Positions 1 through 13,816 of a stretch of 30,453 nucleotides of DNA are shown piece by piece; the first letter of the stretch is position 1; the number at the start of each line of letters is the position of its first letter. Where the stretch lies: assembly GCA_035637375.1 (NCBI GenBank), contig DASPXL010000122.1:1-30453 (forward strand), in the 5' to 3' direction. The translations under genes and the position numbers were made by a program. The stretch is from Burkholderiales bacterium (GTDB taxonomy: Bacteria > Pseudomonadota > Gammaproteobacteria > Burkholderiales > SG8-39). The notes under the pieces were generated by a model. That model had not been told where the DNA came from, did no database searches, and worked only from the letters and a program-made list of their open reading frames with translations.

Positions 1-1407
<1,407 letters not shown>

Positions 1408-1429
1408 GCACCACAGGGGAGGAGCGGCC

Positions 1430-4076
<2,647 letters not shown>

Positions 4077-4082
4077 GCGGCA

Positions 4083-4091
4083 AGTTTACCA
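4083..4091 (-). promoter_or_regulatory. Extended -10 (TGgTAAACT) 6 nt before the nadE ATG; leaderless geometry
   Basis: Minus strand reads TGGTAAACT-TGCCGC-ATG with no SD. Confidence 0.55.
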
Positions 4092-4175
4092 TCGCGGCAT
4101 TCGCCGCCCGAGGCCGCAGGCGTACATCGACTTCTAAGATCGGCCCGCCGCGAGGGCCGCTTTGGACCGCACCGA

Positions 4176-5306
4176 TTGAAGGAAGACACGCCCACGGTCA
4201 AGCTTGTCGACACGCTCGCGGCCGTCGAGCCGCGGGCCTGGAACGCGCTTGTCGGCCAGCAGCCGTTCCTGCGCCACGAGTTTCTCCATGCCCTGCACGA
4301 GACGGGGTGCGCCTGCGAGCCCACCGGATGGACGCCGCACTATCTCACCCTGTGGCAGGGCGAATCGCTCGCCGGCGCGATGCCCCTGTACCTCAAGTCC
4401 CACTCCTACGGGGAATACGTTTTCGATTGGGCCTGGGCCGACGCCTATCACCGTCACGGACTTGCGTACTATCCCAAGCTGCTCGGCGCGATCCCGTTTT
4501 CTCCGGTCACGGGACCCCGCCTGCTTGCGGGCGACGCGGCCACGCGGGCGCTCCTGGTTCGCGCCGCGATCCGGCTCGCGCGCGAAACGTCTTCGCTGCA
4601 CGTGCTGTTCCCGACCGAGCCCGAGGCGCGCGAGATGGAAGCGGCGGGAATGATGCTGCGCCGCTCGGTACAGTTCCATTGGGAGAACCGCGGCTACGCG
4701 AGTTTCGAGGAGTTCCTGTCCGAGCTCGCTTCGGCCAAGCGCAAGAAAATCCGCCAGGAGCGGCGCAGGGTGCAGGAATCGGGCGTGCGCCTGCGGCGGC
4801 TCGCCGGCGGGGAGATTCGCGACGAGCACTGGAGCTTCTTCACGCGCTGCTACAACAGCACCTACCGCGCGCACCGTTCGACGCCCTATCTCAACCTCGC
4901 CTTTTTCCGGCGCCTCGGAGAGACGCTACCCGAGCACGTGCTCATGGTGCTTGCCGAGCTCGACGGCAAGCCGGTCGCAAGCGCCCTCAACATCTACTCG
5001 CCGACGGCGTTGTACGGGCGCTATTGGGGTTCGGTCGTCCACGTCCCGCTGCTGCATTTCGAGGTCTGCTATTACCAGGCGCTCGAGTTCTGCATCGAGC
5101 GCGGCATCCGGGTCTTCGAGGGGGGCGCGCAGGGCGAGCACAAGCTCGCGCGCGGCTTCATGCCGACCCAGACCTGGTCTGCGCACTGGTTGCGGCACCC
5201 GGAGTTCTCTGGCGCGGTGGAAAAATTTCTCGCGCAAGAGACGGCGGGGATCGAGCGCTACGTGGACGAGTTGAACGAGCGCAGCCCGTTCCGCCGGGAA
5301 AGTTAG
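4176..5306 (+). CDS. FemAB-like / DUF482 GNAT-family protein; start uncertain (TTG at 4176)
   Basis: PFLRHEFL.ALHE.GC, P.YLK.HSYGEY.FDW.WA, YYPKL..A.PF.PVTG.R, LYGRYWG, LHFE.CYYQ, FEGGAQGEHKLARGF. Upstream -10-like TAAGAT at 4135-4140. Confidence 0.85.
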   Translation: MKEDTPTVKLVDTLAAVEPRAWNALVGQQPFLRHEFLHALHETGCACEPTGWTPHYLTLWQGESLAGAMPLYLKSHSYGEYVFDWAWADAYHRHGLAYYPKLLGAIPFSPVTGPRLLAGDAATRALLVRAAIRLARETSSLHVLFPTEPEAREMEAAGMMLRRSVQFHWENRGYASFEEFLSELASAKRKKIRQERRRVQESGVRLRRLAGGEIRDEHWSFFTRCYNSTYRAHRSTPYLNLAFFRRLGETLPEHVLMVLAELDGKPVASALNIYSPTALYGRYWGSVVHVPLLHFEVCYYQALEFCIERGIRVFEGGAQGEHKLARGFMPTQTWSAHWLRHPEFSGAVEKFLAQETAGIERYVDELNERSPFRRES

Positions 5307-5312
5307 CGGCGC

Positions 5313-6716
<1,404 letters not shown>

Positions 6717-6807
6717 ACGGATTTTCTCCTTCCGCCCCGGGTCCGGGCCGAAGAGTCGTCAGTCAATGGCGGGAAATCTGCGGACGGGGTGGATGACGAT
6801 CGAAAAC

Positions 6808-6816
6808 ATTATAGCA
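6808..6816 (-). promoter_or_regulatory. Extended -10 (TGcTATAAT) for rhlE
   Basis: Perfect extended -10 about 90 nt upstream of the TTG start. Confidence 0.65.
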
Positions 6817-6917
6817 AACACATCCCGGACGCCGGAGCTCTTTTTCCTACCGGGTCCCGCCGCGGTTCGGCGTGCGCCACAGGGGTTCCTCGGATCGCGA
6901 CACGCGAAGGGCTCCAG

Positions 6918-8009
6918 TCAGCTCGCTGCATGACGCGCGAGCGCCCAGGCGACGTGCTCGCGCACCAGCGCTGAAGGGTCCCTCGCGCGCGAACGCAGCG
7001 CGGCGACCACGCGCTCCTCCTTGGGTGCATTGCCGAGTCCCACGGCGAGATTGCGCAACCAGCGCTCGTAGCCGATTCTCAGGATCGCGCTGCCTGCCAT
7101 GCGCTCGCGGAACTGGCTCTCGGGCCAAGCGAAAAGCTCGACGAGCTCGGCGCTGTCCAGGCCGTTGCGCACCCGGAAGTCCGGCTCCGGCGTGACCTGC
7201 GCGTAGCGGTTCCAGGGGCAGACGAGCTGGCAGTCGTCGCAGCCGAAGACGCGGTTGCCGACGAGCGGCCGGAGCTCCAGCGGAATGCTGCCTTTCAGCT
7301 CGATGGTCAGGTAGGAAATGCAGCGCCGCGCATCCAGCGTGTAAGGTGCGACGATCGCGCGCGTCGGGCAGACGTCGATGCACTTGGCGCAGGTGCCGCA
7401 ATGTTCGCCCACCGGAGCGTCCACCGGGAGCGGAAGATCCGTATAGATCTCGCCGAGAAAGAAAAACGAGCCCGCCTCGCGCGAGAGCAGCAGCGTGTGC
7501 TTTCCCCTCCAGCCGAGCCCCGCCTTGCGCGCCAGCTCCACTTCCATCACCGGCGCCGAGTCGGTGAACACGCGGTAGCCGAATTCGCCGATTTCGCGTT
7601 CGATTCTTCCGGCGAGCTGCTGCAGCCGTCCCCGCAGCACCTTGTGGTAATCGCGCCCGAGAGCATAGCGAGCGACGAACGCCTTGCTGCCGTCGGCGAG
7701 AACGCTCCAGCTGTCGGCCGCATCGGGACGGTAGTCAATTCGCGCCGAAATGACGCGCAGCGTTCCGGGAACGAGCGACGCCGGGCGCGTTCTTTTGACG
7801 CCGTGCTTTCGCATATAATCCAGCTCGCCGGCGAAACCCCTTTCGAGCCAGGCGGCGAGGCCGGGCTCCACCGCCGCCAGGTCGGTATCGGCGATACCGA
7901 CGGCCTGGAACCCCAGCTCGCGTCCCCAGGTCTTGACCGTCGTCGCGAGTATCGCAAGATCGGGGGGCCGCGTCGGAGGCGCCCGCCGGATCGCTTTCAC
8001 GTGACTCAT
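6918..8009 (-). CDS. queG: tRNA epoxyqueuosine(34) reductase
   Basis: ARYALGRDYHKVLR, R.FTDSAPVME, GW.GKHTLLL, G.FFFLGE, CGTC..C.D.CPT.AI, CISYLTIE, GCDDCQLVCPWN (two 4Fe-4S clusters). Start taken as the ATG at 8009. Confidence 0.95.
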   Translation of the reverse strand: MSHVKAIRRAPPTRPPDLAILATTVKTWGRELGFQAVGIADTDLAAVEPGLAAWLERGFAGELDYMRKHGVKRTRPASLVPGTLRVISARIDYRPDAADSWSVLADGSKAFVARYALGRDYHKVLRGRLQQLAGRIEREIGEFGYRVFTDSAPVMEVELARKAGLGWRGKHTLLLSREAGSFFFLGEIYTDLPLPVDAPVGEHCGTCAKCIDVCPTRAIVAPYTLDARRCISYLTIELKGSIPLELRPLVGNRVFGCDDCQLVCPWNRYAQVTPEPDFRVRNGLDSAELVELFAWPESQFRERMAGSAILRIGYERWLRNLAVGLGNAPKEERVVAALRSRARDPSALVREHVAWALARHAAS

Positions 8010-8507
8010 CCCGCCAATCATAACCAGCCGTCGCTGCAGGCGCACTGGGCCGGGTATCTGCCTGACGAGGCGGCAACGTTGCGACTGGGGGGGGTGCTCG
8101 CCGCCTGCATCGCCCCGGGCATGCGGATTTACCTGCGCGGTGAACTCGGCAGCGGCAAGACCACTTTGGTTCGAGCGCTGCTGCGAGGTCTGGGTGCCGA
8201 GGGAACGGTAAAGAGTCCGAGTTATGCTCTAGTTGAACTTTATGTAGTTTCTAGATTACACTTGTACCACTTTGATTTTTATCGATTCATGAATCCTAGT
8301 GAATTTGGCGATGCTGGCTTGGCGGACTATTTCCGCGACGGCGACGGGGTCTGCATGGTCGAATGGCCGGAACGGGCTGGCGGCGTACTACCCCCGCCCG
8401 ATCTCGAGCTTGAGCTCGCGTATTCCGGGACTGGACGAGACATCAACGTTCGCGCATTTTCTGAAGCGGGAGGGCAGTGCTTAAAAAAATTGCGGGACGA
8501 CGGGTAA
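8001..8507 (+). CDS. tsaE: t6A biosynthesis ATPase TsaE; start uncertain (GTG at 8001)
   Basis: LPDEAAT, L.GELGSGKTTLVR P-loop, VKSPSYALVE.Y, HFDFYR, VEWPE. Confidence 0.93.
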   Translation: MTHPANHNQPSLQAHWAGYLPDEAATLRLGGVLAACIAPGMRIYLRGELGSGKTTLVRALLRGLGAEGTVKSPSYALVELYVVSRLHLYHFDFYRFMNPSEFGDAGLADYFRDGDGVCMVEWPERAGGVLPPPDLELELAYSGTGRDINVRAFSEAGGQCLKKLRDDG

Positions 8508-9793
8508 GCGCAGACTGGCCGCAACGCCTGGCGGCCTTTGGATTCGCTATCCTTTTTCTTTCCCAATTCCTTGTCGTGCCGGCGCAGTCTGCCGAGCCCT
8601 TGCAGGCTGTCCGCGTATGGCCGGCGCAGGACTACACGCGAGTGACGATTGAATCGGGCGTATCCCTCAAGCACAGCCTGCTCGTCCTGAAAAATCCGGA
8701 GCGGCTCGTCCTCGATCTTGAAGAGGTCGATTTAGCAAGCGTGCAGCAAGGCTTCGCCGGCAAGGTTTCGCCGGACGACCCTTACATCGATAACCTACGC
8801 GTTGGGCGCTTCAAGCCCGAGGTGGTACGCGTCGTGCTCGACCTCAAGGCCGAGATCAAGCCGCAGATCTTCACGCTTGCGCCGGTCGGCGACTACGGGC
8901 ATCGCCTCGTGCTCGATATTTACCCGCTCGAACCCCTGGACCCGTTGATTGCGCTGCTGCAAAAGCCTGCGCTGAAAATGGAGGACCCGCTGGGCAAGTT
9001 TCTCGAAAATGAGGAGCAAAAGGCTGCGTCGAACAAGGGGAAATCAGTAAAGGAACGGCCTGGGCGCATGGCCAATCGCCTCGTGACCATCGTGATCGAT
9101 GCCGGGCACGGCGGAGAAGATCCGGGCGCGAAAGGGCGCCGTGGGACCTACGAGAAAACCGTCACTCTGACGATCGCCCGCAAACTGAAGACCCTGATCG
9201 ATGCCGAGCCCAATATGCGCGCGTCCCTTACCCGAGACGGCGACTATTACGTTCCTCTTGAGGTGCGAGTCGAGAAAGCGCGCCGCGTCAAGGCCGATTT
9301 GCTTGTCTCGGTCCACGCCGATGCCTTCATCAAGCCCCACGTGCGCGGCTCATCGGTGTTCACGCTGTCGGAAAGCGGCGCAACGAGCACTGCCGCCCAG
9401 TGGCTGGCCAAGCGCGAGAATGAGGCGGACCTCATCGGTGGAGTGAACCTCAATCGGAAGGACCGCTTCCTCGCCATGACGCTTGCCGACCTGAGTCTCA
9501 CGGCGCAAATCAGCGACAGCCTCAAGCTCGGACGGGCAGTGCTTGGGGAGCTGGGAGGGGTGAACTCCCTGCACAAGGGAAAAGTCGAGCAGGGCGGCTT
9601 TGCCGTGTTGAAGGCGCCCGACATACCCTCGATCCTGGTCGAGACGGCGTTCATCAGCAATCCGGACGAGGAACGGCGTTTGAACGACGTGGCCTACCAG
9701 GAGAAAATCGCGCGCGCAATCCTGCGCGGCATCAAGAACTACGCCGCGAAGAATCCCCCGCTGTCCCGCTCGACCCTCGCCACGCTCTACTGA
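8477..9793 (+). CDS. amiC: N-acetylmuramoyl-L-alanine amidase (AMIN + Amidase_3)
   Basis: AMIN domain (VRVWPAQDYTRVT, L.NP.RLVLD, GHRLVLDIYP); catalytic IDAGHGGEDPGA, SVHADA, PSILVETAFISN; N-terminal hydrophobic signal. Confidence 0.9.
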   Translation: MLKKIAGRRVSADWPQRLAAFGFAILFLSQFLVVPAQSAEPLQAVRVWPAQDYTRVTIESGVSLKHSLLVLKNPERLVLDLEEVDLASVQQGFAGKVSPDDPYIDNLRVGRFKPEVVRVVLDLKAEIKPQIFTLAPVGDYGHRLVLDIYPLEPLDPLIALLQKPALKMEDPLGKFLENEEQKAASNKGKSVKERPGRMANRLVTIVIDAGHGGEDPGAKGRRGTYEKTVTLTIARKLKTLIDAEPNMRASLTRDGDYYVPLEVRVEKARRVKADLLVSVHADAFIKPHVRGSSVFTLSESGATSTAAQWLAKRENEADLIGGVNLNRKDRFLAMTLADLSLTAQISDSLKLGRAVLGELGGVNSLHKGKVEQGGFAVLKAPDIPSILVETAFISNPDEERRLNDVAYQEKIARAILRGIKNYAAKNPPLSRSTLATLY

Positions 9794-9810
9794 TCATCCG
9801 CGGTCCAACT

Positions 9811-10458
9811 TCAGGTTCTCGCCTTGTTCAGCCGGTGCCTGAGGTACTCGAACGCGAGCGGCGTCAGAGACATCGCGATGATGCTCAGGATCACCCAAGT
9901 CAGGTTCTGCTTGACGAAGGGCACGTTGCCGAACCAGTACCCGGCATAGAGGAGGGCCAGCACCCACGCGAGCGCGCCCGCCAGGTTGTACGCGGTAAAG
10001 CGCACATAGGTCATGCGCGCAATCCCGGCGACGAAGGGCGCGAAGGTCCTCAAAATCGGCACGAAGCGCGTGATGACGATGGTCTTGCCGCCGTGCCTTT
10101 CGTAGAAGGCGTGGGCGCGCTCGAGCGCTTTCCTGTTGAAGAACCGGGACTGCTCCCAGTGGAAGACCTTCGGCCCGAGGAAGTACCCGATCGAGTAGTT
10201 GACGGTATTGCCGAGCGCCGCCGCCGCGACGAGGAGCGGCGCGAGCAGGTGCACATCGATGCCGCCCGCGGCTGCAAGCGCCCCGGCGACGAACAACAGC
10301 GAATCCCCGGGGAGAAAAGGCGTCACGACCAGCCCGGTTTCGCAAAAAATGATGGCGAAGAGCAGCGGATAAACCCAGGCGCCGTGTTGCTGGAGCAGTG
10401 CTGCGAGGTGCCGGTCGAGATGGACGAGCAGATCCCAACCGGAGAGAAGGAGTTCCAC
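9811..10458 (-). CDS. dedA: DedA-family membrane protein
   Basis: IIFCETGLVVTPFLPGDSLLF, G...NY.IG, RFVPI.RTFAPFVAG motifs; GTG start. Confidence 0.92.
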   Translation of the reverse strand: MELLLSGWDLLVHLDRHLAALLQQHGAWVYPLLFAIIFCETGLVVTPFLPGDSLLFVAGALAAAGGIDVHLLAPLLVAAAALGNTVNYSIGYFLGPKVFHWEQSRFFNRKALERAHAFYERHGGKTIVITRFVPILRTFAPFVAGIARMTYVRFTAYNLAGALAWVLALLYAGYWFGNVPFVKQNLTWVILSIIAMSLTPLAFEYLRHRLNKART

Positions 10459-10464
10459 CGCGGC

Positions 10465-10484
10465 ATTCTACCGCGACATATAAT
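10465..10484. promoter_or_regulatory. Divergent -10 elements: TAGAAT (-, dedA) and TATAAT (+, mutL)
   Basis: TAGAAT at 10470-10465 (minus), 6 nt before the dedA GTG; TATAAT at 10479-10484 (plus), about 70 nt before the mutL GTG. Confidence 0.55.
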
Positions 10485-10551
10485 TGAATCCTCCCGGAAT
10501 CGACACGGACGCAAAGCGCCGGTCATTCCGGGGCTGAAGAGTCCACCGCCC

Positions 10552-12300
10552 GTGCCCCTAATCCGCCCCTTGCCCGAGACGCTCATCAGCCAGATCGCCG
10601 CGGGCGAAGTGGTCGACCGGCCGGCGTCGGTCCTCAAGGAGCTGCTGGAGAACAGCCTCGACGCGGGCGCGACCGATATCGGCGTCGCGCTCGCCGAGGG
10701 CGGGATCAAGCGGATCCGGGTCGCCGACAACGGCGCCGGCATCGAAAGCGGCGATCTGCCGATGGCGTTCGCGCGGCACGCGACCAGCAAGATCGCTTCG
10801 CTCGAGGATCTCGAGCAGGTGCGCTCGCTCGGTTTTCGCGGCGAGGCGCTGGCGAGCATCGCCTCGGTCGCACGCGTCAACATGGCGAGCCGGGCCGCGG
10901 GAGCAGTCCGCGCTTTCTCTGTCGGCGCCGAAAGCGGCAGCGTCGGCTCGGTTCAGCCTGTCGCCCATCCCGTCGGGACGACTGTCGAAGTCGGCGACCT
11001 CTATTACAACACGCCGGCGCGGCGCAAATTCCTCAAGAGCGATGCCACGGAATTCGCTCACTGCGAAGACGCATTCACCCGCGCGGCTCTGTCGCGCCCC
11101 GATGTCAGCTTCACCCTGAAGCACAACGGCCGGGTCGTGGCGCGGCTCGCGCCGTCCGATCCGGCGCGACGGGTCGAGGCGTCGCTCGGAGCGGAGTTCG
11201 CTCAGTCGATGCGGCCGATCGAGGCGAACGGCGTCTTGAACCTCTCCGGGTTCGCCGGCTCGCCCGCCTACACCCGGGCTTCGCGCGACGCCCAGTTCAT
11301 ATACGTGAACGGCCGGTTCGTGCGCGACAAGCTGCTTTCGCACGCCCTGCGTGAAGCCTACCGCGACGTCCTCCACGGCGAGCGCCATCCCGCCTATGTG
11401 CTTTTCCTCGAGATCGATCCGCGCGGGGTGGATGTCAACGTCCACCCGGCGAAAATCGAGATCCGTTTCCGCGACCCGCGCGCGGTGCATCAGTTCGTGT
11501 TTCACGCGGTCGCGAAAGGCCTTTCCGGGACCGCGGCCGAGACGCCGCCCGCAGTAGCAGCGCCCGTTGCCGTTGGCCGCTCCGTGCAGCCGCGAGCCGG
11601 CGTCCTCGGCCTCGCGCAGCCGGTCGCGAGCTACACCGCGATGTTCGCCGACGGGCGCGCGAGCGCCGAACCCTTGGCCGCAAAGGCGACAAGCGGCGAC
11701 GCAAATTCCTCCGAGGCGCCGCCGCTCGGCTTCGCGCTCGCCCAGTTGCACGGCATCTACATCCTGGCCCAGAACCGGGACGGGCTGATCCTCGTCGACA
11801 TGCACGCCGCGCACGAGCGCATCGTCTACGAAAAGCTCAAGGCGGCCCTCGACTCGCGCGCGATGAACACGCAGAAGCTGCTTATCCCCTCCACCTTCCA
11901 TGCGGACCGGGTGGATGTCGCAACGGTCGAGGAGCACGGCTCCACGCTCAACCTGCTGGGTTTCGACGTGGCGGCGATATCGCCGTTCGCGCTGGCAGTG
12001 CGCGCAGTCCCCTCCATGCTCGCCGACGCCGACGCGGCCGAGCTCGCCCGGGCGGTGCTGCGGGACATCCGCGAGTACGGGGCGAGCCGCGTGCTGACCG
12101 AGCGCCGGGACGAGCTGCTGGGAACCATGGCTTGCCACAGCGCGGTGCGCGCCAACCGGGCCTTGACGATACCGGAGATGAACGCCCTGCTGCGCGAAAT
12201 GGAGGAGACCGAGCGCTCCGGGCAGTGCAACCACGGCCGCCCGACCTGGTACCAGATGAGCCTTGCAGACCTGGACAAGCTCTTCCTTCGGGGGCGGTAA
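10552..12300 (+). CDS. mutL: DNA mismatch repair endonuclease MutL
   Basis: [81 protein letters not shown]; C-terminal [11 protein letters not shown] and CNHGRP. Confidence 0.97.
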   Translation: MPLIRPLPETLISQIAAGEVVDRPASVLKELLENSLDAGATDIGVALAEGGIKRIRVADNGAGIESGDLPMAFARHATSKIASLEDLEQVRSLGFRGEALASIASVARVNMASRAAGAVRAFSVGAESGSVGSVQPVAHPVGTTVEVGDLYYNTPARRKFLKSDATEFAHCEDAFTRAALSRPDVSFTLKHNGRVVARLAPSDPARRVEASLGAEFAQSMRPIEANGVLNLSGFAGSPAYTRASRDAQFIYVNGRFVRDKLLSHALREAYRDVLHGERHPAYVLFLEIDPRGVDVNVHPAKIEIRFRDPRAVHQFVFHAVAKGLSGTAAETPPAVAAPVAVGRSVQPRAGVLGLAQPVASYTAMFADGRASAEPLAAKATSGDANSSEAPPLGFALAQLHGIYILAQNRDGLILVDMHAAHERIVYEKLKAALDSRAMNTQKLLIPSTFHADRVDVATVEEHGSTLNLLGFDVAAISPFALAVRAVPSMLADADAAELARAVLRDIREYGASRVLTERRDELLGTMACHSAVRANRALTIPEMNALLREMEETERSGQCNHGRPTWYQMSLADLDKLFLRGR

Positions 12301-13231
12301 ACCCCCAGCCGTTTTGGTCATGGGCCCGACTGCGAGCGGCAAGACGCCGCTCGCGCTCGCGCTCGCGCAAGTGTTACCGGCGGAGATCGTCAGCGTCGAT
12401 TCCGCGCAGGTCTATCGCGGTATGGACGTCGGCACAGCGAAGCCCTCGCTCTCGGAACGCCGCGCCGCGCCCCATCATCTCATCGATATCATCGATCCGA
12501 CGCAGACGTATTCGGCCGCCCGCTTCCGCGCCGACGCGTTGCGCCTCATGGACGAGATCGCCGCGCGCGGGCGCGTCCCATTGCTCGTCGGCGGGACCAT
12601 GCTTTACTTCAAGGCGTTGCGCGAAGGCCTATCCGAGCTCCCGGAGTCCGACGCGGGCGTTCGCACGCAGCTCGACGCCGAGGCGACGGCGCGCGGCTGG
12701 CCGGCGCTGCACGCGGAGCTGGCGAGCGTCGATCCTGCAACCGCGACCCGCCTGAAACCCACCGATACGCAGCGCATCCAGCGGGCGCTCGAGGTCTTTC
12801 GGATCAGCGGAAAGCCGATGTCACAACTGCTCGGGCAAGCAAAGCCTGCATCTCTTCCCTTCCGCCTCATCGAGCTTGCGCTCGTTCCATCCGATCGCGG
12901 CGCGCTGCATCGGCGCCTCGAAGAACGCTTCGACGCGATGCTGAAAGCAGGACTCGTCGAGGAGCTGCGCGCGTTGCGCGAGCGCTACGCGCTGCGGCCT
13001 GGCCTGCCTTCGATGCGCTGCGTCGGGTATCGGCAAGCGTGGCAGTTTCTCGAGGGAGAAATCGATCGCGACGAATTGCGCAATCGCGGGATATTTGCGA
13101 CGCGCCAGCTCGCCAAGCGCCAGCTTACCTGGCTCAGAGCGACGCCGGGGATCCAGAGTTTCGATTGTCTAGACCCTGCCGTCGCAGCGAAATCGATCGA
13201 TTTCCTCCGCCGTGAAACTCACGCGCGCTAA
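12263..13231 (+). CDS. miaA: tRNA dimethylallyltransferase; start uncertain
   Basis: [60 protein letters not shown]. Confidence 0.94.
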   Translation: MQTWTSSSFGGGKPPAVLVMGPTASGKTPLALALAQVLPAEIVSVDSAQVYRGMDVGTAKPSLSERRAAPHHLIDIIDPTQTYSAARFRADALRLMDEIAARGRVPLLVGGTMLYFKALREGLSELPESDAGVRTQLDAEATARGWPALHAELASVDPATATRLKPTDTQRIQRALEVFRISGKPMSQLLGQAKPASLPFRLIELALVPSDRGALHRRLEERFDAMLKAGLVEELRALRERYALRPGLPSMRCVGYRQAWQFLEGEIDRDELRNRGIFATRQLAKRQLTWLRATPGIQSFDCLDPAVAAKSIDFLRRETHAR

Positions 13232-13814
13232 GAGCGCCCCGGCACGATCAAAGCGAGCGCGCCGGTCGCTCGTCCTCCCCGATAGCCTTGCGCCGGGGCT
13301 CGAGATTGTCTCGATCGGCATCAATCCGTCGATCTATTCTGCAACCCGCGGTTTCAATTTCGCGCGCCCCGGAAACCGGTTCTGGCCGACCTTCAACGCG
13401 GCCGGCATCGCGCCGGAAGCGCTCGAGCCCGGCGGAGCTGCGGTAATTAAGCTGCTGGGTGACTATCGCATCGGCTTTACCGACATCGTAAAGCGCGCGA
13501 CCGATCGCGCCGACGAACTGACCGACGAGGATTACAGACGCGGCGCCCTAATCCTGAAGCGCAAGCTGCTGCACCATCAGCCCGTAATTGCCTGGTTCCA
13601 GGGCATCAGCGCGTTTCAGAAATACCTGCAGTTTGCCGAGGGCGCAAAGCGCACGATCCGACCGGGCCTGCAACCGGAGAGAATCGGCGCAACACTGGTA
13701 TTCGTGACGCCGAACCCGAGCGGCGCAAATCCGGCCGCCAACCCCAAAGCCTTGCTTCCGTGGTACCGAGAACTGAAGCGCTTGCGTGATCGGTTGCGCG
13801 GCAAGCGCCGGTAA
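13212..13814 (+). CDS. mug: G/U mismatch-specific uracil-DNA glycosylase (MUG/TDG family)
   Basis: GINPS....G..FA.PGNRFW, IG.TDIV.R.T, PNPSG.N motifs; GTG start overlapping the miaA end. Confidence 0.85.
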   Translation: MKLTRAKSAPARSKRARRSLVLPDSLAPGLEIVSIGINPSIYSATRGFNFARPGNRFWPTFNAAGIAPEALEPGGAAVIKLLGDYRIGFTDIVKRATDRADELTDEDYRRGALILKRKLLHHQPVIAWFQGISAFQKYLQFAEGAKRTIRPGLQPERIGATLVFVTPNPSGANPAANPKALLPWYRELKRLRDRLRGKRR

Positions 13815-13816
13815 GT

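Noticed and set aside
4930-4943. 14/16 copy of the intergenic palindrome
   Set aside because: Explained by preferred codons for Pro-Glu-His-Val-Leu within a coding region.
10558-12342. 594-aa minus-strand ORF
   Set aside because: Antisense shadow of mutL.
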